Origin: an uncultured Spirochaetota bacterium
Lineage (GTDB): Bacteria; Spirochaetota; UBA4802; UBA5550
Direction: 5' to 3'
Length of the DNA: 64,000 nucleotides
NCBI GenBank assembly: GCA_963827275.1
Contig: CAWHAA010000004.1
Span: 128,001 to 192,000 of the forward strand
In this document: positions 22,507 to 30,697 of the stretch, in pieces
Numbering within the stretch: position 1 is the stretch's first letter
How the letters are laid out: each line of letters begins with the position of its first letter
Program-made: the position numbers and the translations under genes
Notes under the pieces: generated by a model
Told to the model about the DNA's origin: nothing
The model's input: only the letters and a program-made list of their open reading frames with translations
The model's database searches: none

Positions 22507-23655
22507 TCACTCGCCGCCCAGTATCAGCTCGTTCACCGTGCGGGAGACCTGCGTTGCTTCGTCATCCGAATAGTTATCGGACCCATCGTTCATCTTGCCC
22601 ATGCTGAGCATGCCTGACCCCGAGTACACGTATACATAGCAGGTGTCGATGGCGCTGCTGCTCAGCTGCTTGTACATGATCATTTTATGGATGGTGCCGT
22701 CATCGTTGAACTCATATCTGAATTTAATAAGAGTAAGATAGGTTTTTCCCAATAAGCCTAAATCGAGATAGAGGAGTTTGAGTTTTATTTCAAGGGTCTG
22801 CCGCTCGCCTGAGTCGTCCCAGGTAAGGGTTGATGAGGATCCCATGTATAATTCCTGCGTTTCCTCCTCGTTGCTGTAGCTTTTCATCCCTGACAGGCGG
22901 CCGTTCCCGTCATAGCTGAATACATAGACGTTCTTGAATGTCGTCTCGTCATCGGAATAGTTGGTAGCGCGCTCCATCTTCCCCGCCGCGTTGTAGGTGT
23001 AGCGGGTCGTTTTTACGAGCACGTCGTCTCCGGTCCCGAATTCCCCGTCGGTACCGGCCTGGTAGGTGTAGCTTTTGGTCTTGAGATTGTTCTCAACGAT
23101 GAAGTCCGTCCTGACGCTCGGCGTAACGCCGAAATCGCTGTAGCTGATCTGGCGGTACAGTCCGTCCATGCCCGTCGTTTCGAAATAGCCGTACAGCGGG
23201 TCAATCGTGTCGTCGGAAGTCATCCACTGCCCGTCCGTTCCCGCTGCAACCGATGACGACATCTTTTTTAACGCCCAGAACTGTGTAAGGAGGGGATTTT
23301 GCTTAACGTATGGCATCGGATCGGACAGGTGTGCGAGCAGTCCCGCTATGTCAACTTCAAGCTCGACGCCCGCGTACATTTCGTACATGGACGTCATGTT
23401 CGGCTGCGAGCTCTGGACTCCCATGTTCATGATCACCTGCTCGGACGCGCCGATGACCTGGCCCTCCATGTTATAGGTGGTGGATTTCATTTTAATGGGC
23501 ATGGTCGAGATGCATCCCCCCCCGACCATCAGGGCGTCTGCAGGGATGGGATCTTGTTTGTCGTAATCCATGTCGCAGGAAATGGTGCCGGCCGCGCACA
23601 GCACTGTGATGAGAAGCAATGCCTTTAGATGTTTTATCATGACAGCAATCCTCAT
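22507..23655 (-). CDS. Lipoprotein with YD-like and GxDG..TxDD repeats
   Basis: Lipobox-like GTISC; repeats YTYNAAGK, FSYDGNGR, YEFNDDGT; AGTDGQWMTSDD and AGTDGEFGTGDD. Confidence 0.7.
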   Translation of the reverse strand: MRIAVMIKHLKALLLITVLCAAGTISCDMDYDKQDPIPADALMVGGGCISTMPIKMKSTTYNMEGQVIGASEQVIMNMGVQSSQPNMTSMYEMYAGVELEVDIAGLLAHLSDPMPYVKQNPLLTQFWALKKMSSSVAAGTDGQWMTSDDTIDPLYGYFETTGMDGLYRQISYSDFGVTPSVRTDFIVENNLKTKSYTYQAGTDGEFGTGDDVLVKTTRYTYNAAGKMERATNYSDDETTFKNVYVFSYDGNGRLSGMKSYSNEEETQELYMGSSSTLTWDDSGERQTLEIKLKLLYLDLGLLGKTYLTLIKFRYEFNDDGTIHKMIMYKQLSSSAIDTCYVYVYSGSGMLSMGKMNDGSDNYSDDEATQVSRTVNELILGGE

Positions 23656-23786
23656 TTTTATATGTTTTTTATATGTTTAATCACTTTTACAATCTTCATA
23701 AATTGATTTTAAAAATCAATATTAATATTTTTTTTCATATCATTATTGTTAGTTTTCTGCGCCCGGGTGCATTTTGTATACATTTA

Positions 23787-24392
23787 TCATTCTAATAAAT
23801 CTTTCACTGAATCGATACAGGGATCTTCGTTCCTTCCTACCCAGAGGTAGTCGATGCCCGCGTTTAACGCGGCCTCCCGGTCCGAAACGGAATCGCCGAG
23901 GTAGAGGGCCTCGGCTTTTGAAACGCCGAAGCGTTCGATGCACTTGAGGAGCATCTCCGGATGGGGTTTGGGCTCTGCATCCACGGTCGATATCCTGTAT
24001 TGGAACCATCGCTCAAGTCCGAAATGATTGAACAGCCGCTCGAGGGACCTGCCCCGGTTCGTTGCAACGGCGAGAAAAAAACTGCTGCTCAACGCGCCGA
24101 GCACGCTGTTAAAATCAAAGAGGGGATGGACGTCTTTTATGAAGGGAGTGTAGTCCGTCTCCTGGCTTATACGGAAAAGCCGGTCCGCCTCAGCCGGGTC
24201 GCGGATGAGCTCGTAAATGAGCTGGCGGGTGGACATATAGACCACTTTTTCGCGGTCTTCCGGGCGGAGCGGGGGGTAGTCTCCCCGTTCCAGGCAGCGG
24301 TTAAAAAAATTAATGTTGGCGTCATGGGAATCAACCAGGACGCCGTCGCAGTCGAAGATTATGAGGCGCTTCTGCGCCAGGCGGATATTCAT
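23787..24392 (-). CDS. HAD family hydrolase (phosphoglycolate phosphatase-like)
   Basis: IFDCDGVLVDS, ATN, KPHP and YLGDSVSD. Confidence 0.9.
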   Translation of the reverse strand: MNIRLAQKRLIIFDCDGVLVDSHDANINFFNRCLERGDYPPLRPEDREKVVYMSTRQLIYELIRDPAEADRLFRISQETDYTPFIKDVHPLFDFNSVLGALSSSFFLAVATNRGRSLERLFNHFGLERWFQYRISTVDAEPKPHPEMLLKCIERFGVSKAEALYLGDSVSDREAALNAGIDYLWVGRNEDPCIDSVKDLLE

Positions 24393-24561
24393 CCGGATTT
24401 AACCCTTATATGAATGAATTTATGCCAGTTACACCGCAGTAGTCGGACCATGTCAAAGTAAATCAGGCCAGAATGCCCAAAAAGTCGATTTTTTCTGAAA
24501 AAATCCAAAAAATTTATTGGTGAATAGGCTGTCAATAAGATATTCAAAAAATAATTAATTC

Positions 24562-24590
24562 TTGACAAAAAAAGTCCAGCATAATAATTT
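24562..24590 (+). promoter_or_regulatory. Putative sigma70 promoter of the ispE operon
   Basis: TTGACA-17 bp-TAATTT upstream of ispE. Confidence 0.5.
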
Positions 24591-24622
24591 TGCCTCTCCA
24601 AAAGGACGGGTACAGGGCGCTA

Positions 24623-25534
24623 TTGGCCAATCTGATCAAAGCTTACGCAAAAATCAACCTCCATCTTGAGGTACTGAACCGCAGGGATGACGGGTACCAC
24701 AATATTTTCAGCATGATGGCCAGTGTTGCGCTGCATGATCTTTTAAAACTTGAAGAGAGCGCAGTGGGCGAAGTATCGGGCGGAATCGATATTGCCGTAG
24801 CGGTGCGGGGGGCGGGCGGAACGCACGCGGACATCATTGACGCGATACCCGCGCATGAGAATCTGGTAGCGAAGGCGGCGACCCTGTATTTCGAGCGGAT
24901 GAGGAAGAACGGGAAGGCGGTCTTTTCCATAGAAAAGAACATCCCTTCGGGTGCCGGCCTTGGCGGTGGCAGCGCAGACGCGGCCGCCGCGCTGAAACTG
25001 CTCAATACCCGTTACGGGGCCTTTGCGGAAGAAGAGCTGGCGGAAATCGGTTCACTGATCGGGGCCGATGTGCCGTTTTGCCTGAAGGGGGGAGTCGCGA
25101 TCTGCCGGGGGATCGGTGAGATTGTCATGCCCGTTCCCGGGAGACTGCGGTGCCCGGTCCTGATCGCCAACAACGGTATCCATGTCGATACCGGGCAGGC
25201 CTACCGCTCGCTCCAGAGGAGCGCTGAACCGGAACGGGCCAGGGAATTGGAAACGGGGAAAACGACCCGGCTCCTGACGGGCGCGGTCCTTGCCGGTTCT
25301 CCGGGGAAATTCAGGGAGACCGCGGTGAACGACTTCGAGGGACCGGTGTTCCGGCAGCACCCTGGAATCAGGGACCTGAAGGAGAAGATGTACGCGCTTG
25401 GCGCGGAGTACGCGATAATGACCGGATCCGGCTCGAGCGTGATAGCGCTGTTCACGGAAAAAGAAACGGCGGAGACGGCACGGACGCGGCTTGCGAAAGA
25501 ATGCCGTGAAGTGATACTGACAAGGTTCGCATGA
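24623..25534 (+). CDS. ispE: 4-diphosphocytidyl-2C-methyl-D-erythritol kinase
   Basis: AYAKINLHL, KNIPSGAGLGGGSADAA, GADVPF, NDFE and MTGSGS. Probable TTG start at 24623. Confidence 0.95.
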   Translation: MANLIKAYAKINLHLEVLNRRDDGYHNIFSMMASVALHDLLKLEESAVGEVSGGIDIAVAVRGAGGTHADIIDAIPAHENLVAKAATLYFERMRKNGKAVFSIEKNIPSGAGLGGGSADAAAALKLLNTRYGAFAEEELAEIGSLIGADVPFCLKGGVAICRGIGEIVMPVPGRLRCPVLIANNGIHVDTGQAYRSLQRSAEPERARELETGKTTRLLTGAVLAGSPGKFRETAVNDFEGPVFRQHPGIRDLKEKMYALGAEYAIMTGSGSSVIALFTEKETAETARTRLAKECREVILTRFA

Positions 25535-25609
25535 CGGGCGCAATTTATAACTGAGTATTCCTTTATGCGTGTGATTGCATGAAGCATTACTCATGTATAA
25601 ATGATACAT

Positions 25610-25680
25610 TGAGGTGTGGCCAAGCGGTAAGGCATCGGGTTTTGGTCCCGTGACCCCAGGTTCGAATCCTGGCACCTCAG
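25610..25680 (+). tRNA. tRNA-Gln (TTG)
   Basis: Acceptor stem TGAGGTG/CACCTCA, anticodon loop TTTTGGT, T-arm CCAGG-TTCGAAT-CCTGG. CCA not encoded. Confidence 0.96.
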
Positions 25681-25703
25681 ATTACCGGGCAGGGAGCGGT
25701 CCT

Positions 25704-26444
25704 ATCGAGAATATAACTTCAATTGTGCTGGCAGGCGGAAAGGGCGTACGGATGAAATCCGACCTGCCGAAGGTTCTCCACCCGTTCCTGGGAAAACCGT
25801 TAATTGTCCATGTGCTGGACAATCTTCAGAAAGCCGGCGTGGCCGACACGCATGTCGTTGTCGGGTACCGGGGCGAGCTGGTGATTGAGGCCGTCGCGGG
25901 CCGCGCGAGCCACGTATGGCAGCGCGAACAGCTCGGCACGGGGCACGCGGTGATGCAGGCCGAGAGCGCGCTTGCGGGCTTCAACGGAAAGGTGATCATC
26001 GCCTGCGGCGATGTCCCGCTCATCGGGCCGGATACCTTCCGGGCCCTGGTGGCGGCATCGGGGCAAAACGGCGTGATGGCGGTGGTGCTGACCATGGTGC
26101 TTGAAAATCCATTCGGATACGGAAGGATCATCAAGGACGGGACGGGCCGTTTCGTGCGGATCGTCGAAGAAAAGGACGCGACCCCGGAAGAGAAAAAGGT
26201 CCGCGAGGTCAACTCCGGGACGTATGTTTTCGACAAGAGGCTGTTATTCGAAGGACTGCGTCATATCAATACCAACAACGCGCAGGGCGAGTATTACCTG
26301 CCGGACGCCCTTCAGCATGTTCTTGCCTCCGGGTTTACGGTCGGGACCATGCTCATGGCGGACCCGATCGAGGGAAGCGGCGTGAACACTATCGAGGAGC
26401 TTCAACGGCTGGAAGAATATTGCAGATCAAGGAATAAAGGATAA
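25704..26444 (+). CDS. glmU: GlmU N-terminal (uridylyltransferase) domain-only protein
   Basis: LAGGKGVRMKSDLPKVLH, QLGTGHA, GDVPLI, GYGRI, IVEEKDA, NAQGEYYL. No hexapeptide-repeat domain. Apparent ATC start 7 nt after AGGGAG. Confidence 0.88.
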   Translation: MENITSIVLAGGKGVRMKSDLPKVLHPFLGKPLIVHVLDNLQKAGVADTHVVVGYRGELVIEAVAGRASHVWQREQLGTGHAVMQAESALAGFNGKVIIACGDVPLIGPDTFRALVAASGQNGVMAVVLTMVLENPFGYGRIIKDGTGRFVRIVEEKDATPEEKKVREVNSGTYVFDKRLLFEGLRHINTNNAQGEYYLPDALQHVLASGFTVGTMLMADPIEGSGVNTIEELQRLEEYCRSRNKG

Positions 26445-26450
26445 ACCGGT

Positions 26451-27392
26451 ATGGGTGACAGTTTGCTCAAGTTGTTTTCTGGATCGTCGAATCCGGGCCT
26501 GGCGAAAGAGATCGCGGACTATCTGAATGTCGATCTTTCCAAGGCCGAGCTGAACCGATTCAAGGACGGAGAGATTTCGGTCAAGATAAAGGAGAACGTC
26601 AGGGGACACGATGTGTTTATCATCCAGTCCACCTGCAACCCCACCAACGACCACGTGATCGAGCTGCTCCTGATGATGGACGCGGCGCACCGCGCCTCGG
26701 CCGGAAGGATCACCGCGGTGATCCCCTATTTCGGGTATGCCCGGCAGGACCGCAAGGTGGAGCCGCGGGTCCCGATATCGTCAAAGGTGATGGCCAATAT
26801 CATAACGGTGGCCGGCGCCGACCGGGTCCTGACAATGGAGCTTCATGCCGAGCAGATCCAGGGGTTTTTTGACATACCGGTCGACAACCTGTATTCCAAG
26901 CCCGTTGCGATCGATTATATCAAGGGGCTGCACGTGAAGGACGTGGTGATGGTCTCTCCCGATTCGGGCGGGGCCGAGCGCGCACGGTCCTATGCGAAGA
27001 ACATCAACGCCGGGCTGGCCATCATTGACAAGCGGCGGCCGGAGCCGAACGTCGCAGAAGTGCAGTACGTTATCGGCGATGTAAAAGGAAAGAACTGCAT
27101 CCTGGTGGACGACATGGTCGATACCGGGGGCTCGATCTCCAAGGCGGCCGGGGCCCTCCGGGACCAGGGCGCGAAGGACGTGTACTGTCTCTTTACGCAC
27201 CCGGTGCTGTCGGGCGACGCCATCGACAAGATGGAAACGGCCGGTTTCAAGGAGATAATTTTTACGAATACCATACCGTACCGCGCCTCCCGCGAAATGA
27301 AGGGGATGAAGGTACTGTCGATCGCTCCCCTTTTCGGCGAGGCGATCCGGAGGATCCATAACGGGGAATCGGTAAGTTCCCTGTTCGTATAA
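26451..27392 (+). CDS. prs: Ribose-phosphate pyrophosphokinase
   Basis: FKDGEI, PYFGYARQDRK, VSPDSGG, VDDMVDTGGS and ESVSSLF. Confidence 0.98.
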   Translation: MGDSLLKLFSGSSNPGLAKEIADYLNVDLSKAELNRFKDGEISVKIKENVRGHDVFIIQSTCNPTNDHVIELLLMMDAAHRASAGRITAVIPYFGYARQDRKVEPRVPISSKVMANIITVAGADRVLTMELHAEQIQGFFDIPVDNLYSKPVAIDYIKGLHVKDVVMVSPDSGGAERARSYAKNINAGLAIIDKRRPEPNVAEVQYVIGDVKGKNCILVDDMVDTGGSISKAAGALRDQGAKDVYCLFTHPVLSGDAIDKMETAGFKEIIFTNTIPYRASREMKGMKVLSIAPLFGEAIRRIHNGESVSSLFV

Positions 27393-27463
27393 TACGCTGG
27401 CGGCCGCGGGGAACAGGGGCCGCGTCATGAAACAAAGATGAAAAATACAACACGAGGATAATC

Positions 27464-28171
27464 ATGGAAGCTAAAAGTCTGACAATCGAACCGAGGACCG
27501 ATTTAGGCAAAAACGCCAGTAACAGGATCAGGAGCAACGGTTTCATTCCCGCGGTCCTGTACTCGCACGGGGAAAGCGAGGTGGTCCAGATCCCCCGCAA
27601 GGAATTTTTCAAGCTGTTCAAGGGAAGGATATCCGAGAGCGTGATATTCGACATACACAGCAAGGAAAAGAAGGACGATGAGAGGATGGCGTACGTCAAG
27701 GACTACCAGATGGACCCGGTGTCGGGCGAGATACTTCATGTCGACCTGTTCCGCGTAACGAAGGGCGAGAAGATCCACACCCATGTGCCCATCGAGTTCG
27801 TCGGCACCCCGAAGGGGGTCAAGCTGGGGGGCATCCTCGAAGTTGACCTCCGGGAAATCGAAGTTGAATGTCTCCCGAAAGACCTGCCGGAAAAGATACA
27901 GATCGATGTCTCCACTATGGAAGTCGGCGATTCGTACCACGTCAAGGACGTTGTCGTGGCCGAAGGCGTCAAGGTCATGGGGAACCTGGAAGCCTCAGTC
28001 GCTTCGGTCCACGTGCCCAAGGTCACCGCTGAGAAAGTTGAGGAAGCTGTCCCGGCTGAAGGCGAGGCCGCTGCCGCCGCCGAGGGCGAAGGCAAGGATG
28101 CCAAGAAGGCTGAAGGCGAGGAGAAGTCCGATAAAGGCAAGGAGAAATCCGATAAAGGGAAAGACAAGTAA
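27464..28171 (+). CDS. rplY: 50S ribosomal protein L25/Ctc
   Basis: IPAVLY, HVDLF, GVKLGG, acidic/Lys-rich tail, and position between prs and pth. Confidence 0.96.
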   Translation: MEAKSLTIEPRTDLGKNASNRIRSNGFIPAVLYSHGESEVVQIPRKEFFKLFKGRISESVIFDIHSKEKKDDERMAYVKDYQMDPVSGEILHVDLFRVTKGEKIHTHVPIEFVGTPKGVKLGGILEVDLREIEVECLPKDLPEKIQIDVSTMEVGDSYHVKDVVVAEGVKVMGNLEASVASVHVPKVTAEKVEEAVPAEGEAAAAAEGEGKDAKKAEGEEKSDKGKEKSDKGKDK

Positions 28172-28240
28172 ATTCGCTTTTGTTCGATTACTGCACCCGG
28201 CCGCAGGGCCGAGATCATGGTACGTAAGGGAGCGGCAGTA

Positions 28241-28867
28241 TTGAAATTAATCGTTGGTTTCGGAAATCCTGGCGAAAAATTTGCGAATAACAGGCAGAAC
28301 ATCGGATTCAAGGTTATCGACATAATCGGGAACAACGAGAACATCGACGTCCGGATCAAGAAAAAGAAATCGGTCATCGGCAGGGGGAAGATACTCGGGA
28401 CCGATGTTGTCCTCCTCAAGCCGCAGACCTTCGTGAATCTCATCGGGGAGTCGGTCCTCTACATCGCCTCCTTCCTTCGCATCAATGTGAGGGACATCCT
28501 CTGCATCGTTGAAGATTCCTCCCTCAAGCTGGGAGACATGCGCGTCGACTACCTTTTTTCCAGCATCGAGCACGCGGGCATCGAATCGATGACCCGCGCC
28601 CTCAAGTCGGAGCGGTTTGCCAAAATCAGGGTCGGCATAGGAACGCCCCCGAAGAACGTCACCATGGAGGAGTACCTGCTGCAGGACTTCACCGATGACG
28701 AGAACCTGATCCTGATCGATGTGCTGAACAAGACCGAAAAGGTCGTGAACATGCTCATCTCCCAGTCGATAGAGGATGTCCAGGAAAAGTACAATCCCGA
28801 GGGCGCCGTCAAGATCAAAAAGAGAAAGGTCAAGGCGGTCCATATCGACCACAGGAAAAAACGCTGA
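28241..28867 (+). CDS. pth: Peptidyl-tRNA hydrolase homologue with altered active site
   Basis: LIVGFGNPG, LLKPQTF, KIRVGIG and canonical position. NRQNIG replaces TRHNxG. TTG start after AAGGGAG. Confidence 0.88.
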   Translation: MKLIVGFGNPGEKFANNRQNIGFKVIDIIGNNENIDVRIKKKKSVIGRGKILGTDVVLLKPQTFVNLIGESVLYIASFLRINVRDILCIVEDSSLKLGDMRVDYLFSSIEHAGIESMTRALKSERFAKIRVGIGTPPKNVTMEEYLLQDFTDDENLILIDVLNKTEKVVNMLISQSIEDVQEKYNPEGAVKIKKRKVKAVHIDHRKKR

Positions 28868-28991
28868 CCCGCCCGCCGCGGGGGCCGTCAATAATTATCA
28901 CAATTTTTCTTGACTTAATTGTTCATCCATGCACAATTCCCTCTATACGCCCTTGAAAAAGATTAATAATCTACTACATGGAGTTTTAGCG

Positions 28992-29816
28992 ATGAGAAAG
29001 GGACTGTTCCTGATTATGTCATGTGCCATAGCGATCCTCTTTTCTTCGGCATTCGCGCAATCCTACAAATACGACTACCATCCGGCATACGGGCCGTCAC
29101 CGCTGGGCGGCGAACCCACGTCGATGGCAAAACAGCTCAGCTATGATAATTTCAGGTCGATAAAACTTCTCAATACTGCGGTATTGAACTACGGCGGCGG
29201 CGAGGGCGATATCGACAAGCTGATCGACCAGTATGCGGAAGCGAGCGCGCTCTATTTCCAGAACAAGATGACGGAATCGGCAAAGGCGTTCAAGGACAAC
29301 CAGGCGGCGATTATGGCCACGACGCGGCAGCTCGCGCAGAAGTACAACCAGGACACCGGGGCCCTTCTCAAGGACGCCATGAACATGAGCATACGCGCGA
29401 AGATCAAGCAGCAGATCAAGGGAAACAGCGAGGGACGTTTCCACATGGACAAGTTCCTCGACCAGGGCAAGGCGGGCGTGATGAAGGCCAATGACTATTA
29501 TGACCGCTACAAGGACGCCAAGTCCGCTTCGGCGATGGACCTGATCACCGCGATATACTACTACCGCGGCGCCAAGGACAGCCTCTTCCAGATGATGCGG
29601 GTCATGGCCGTCGAACAGAGCCGGGTGCAGGCGGAGGCGGAGGCCGCCGCCATGGTGGCCCGGAAGGAGATAAAGCGCTCGGAGAAGGAAGAGGTGATGC
29701 GGCAGAAGGAAGCGCAGAAGACGAAAGAGCTGCAGGCAAAATACCTTGAAAAATATTCGAAGGACATGGCGGATAACAAGAACATCGTGTATGAGTCACG
29801 CGAGAAGGAGAAATAA
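28992..29816 (+). CDS. Secreted alpha-helical hypothetical protein
   Basis: Signal peptide ending AFA, with helical, charged composition. Confidence 0.75.
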   Translation: MRKGLFLIMSCAIAILFSSAFAQSYKYDYHPAYGPSPLGGEPTSMAKQLSYDNFRSIKLLNTAVLNYGGGEGDIDKLIDQYAEASALYFQNKMTESAKAFKDNQAAIMATTRQLAQKYNQDTGALLKDAMNMSIRAKIKQQIKGNSEGRFHMDKFLDQGKAGVMKANDYYDRYKDAKSASAMDLITAIYYYRGAKDSLFQMMRVMAVEQSRVQAEAEAAAMVARKEIKRSEKEEVMRQKEAQKTKELQAKYLEKYSKDMADNKNIVYESREKEK

Positions 29817-29833
29817 GGGCCGTTCCGCCGCCT

Positions 29834-30637
29834 TTATTCCTTGCGCCCGGGCGGCGGCTTTTGTTTTTTTAATACCTTAAGGGCATGGAGCCTGATGGTG
29901 GTATTGTGGTGGACGAGAAGGTTTATGACCTTCTCGTTTGTTTTGGCATCAAGATGGTAGCCCTCCAGCGCCGTGAGCGTCGCCTGCAGCAGTGAATAAT
30001 CGAAGGGGCCGCACGAGTTGAACCGCTCCACGATGGCCCTGTAGAGAAGCGGGTCTTTGGCGGTAAGCCCCCTGAGGGCCGCCAGCGCCACGCTGGAGCT
30101 GGGGTCGTTCATCGATTTGATGATCGCGGGGATGCACATGGCCCGGATGGTCGCATCGTCAAGGGCCACCATCCCCCTGACCGATTCCTCCCTGATGAGC
30201 CAGTCGCCGCTGCGGGTCCCCCTGATGAACAATCCCGCCGCGGACGGGTCTTTTGCTTTCCCGAGCGCCCGCAGCGCGTACCACCGGACATTGCTTTGCC
30301 GCTCGTCCGCGGCGATCTTCTTCACCACGTCCATAGCGCCTTTCGTCCTGATCTTTGCCAGCCCTTCCACCGCTTCAATCCTCACCGCGGGGGAGGCGTC
30401 GTTCGCAGCGACCAGCAGGGTGCCGATCACGAGGTCGTTCTTGTCCTTGCCGAAATAGTTGACGATTTCGCGGACGGCGTCGCGCCGCTCCATCCACCCC
30501 CCGCCGGCGTATGTATTGGCGGCGCTCCTCTGTTTCTGGGTCCGGACCAGTTCGCTCTTTCCGAACATGCTGCACCCGGAGAGGTTCAGGAACAACAGTG
30601 CGAAAAGGAGCGGGAGCGGAGCCGCGTACAGGCGCAT
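29834..30637 (-). CDS. HEAT-repeat lipoprotein
   Basis: Lipobox LSGC and repeats VRIEAVEGLAKI, VRWYALRALG, IREESVRGM. Confidence 0.8.
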   Translation of the reverse strand: MRLYAAPLPLLFALLFLNLSGCSMFGKSELVRTQKQRSAANTYAGGGWMERRDAVREIVNYFGKDKNDLVIGTLLVAANDASPAVRIEAVEGLAKIRTKGAMDVVKKIAADERQSNVRWYALRALGKAKDPSAAGLFIRGTRSGDWLIREESVRGMVALDDATIRAMCIPAIIKSMNDPSSSVALAALRGLTAKDPLLYRAIVERFNSCGPFDYSLLQATLTALEGYHLDAKTNEKVINLLVHHNTTIRLHALKVLKKQKPPPGRKE

Positions 30638-30697
30638 GGCCTTCCGTGGTCCGCGCGCGGTGTCAGGACAGAGGGGAAGGCCTGCGATCATGGGCTG

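Noticed and set aside
25614..25703. ORF-track N-terminal extension of glmU
   Set aside because: It starts inside tRNA-Gln.
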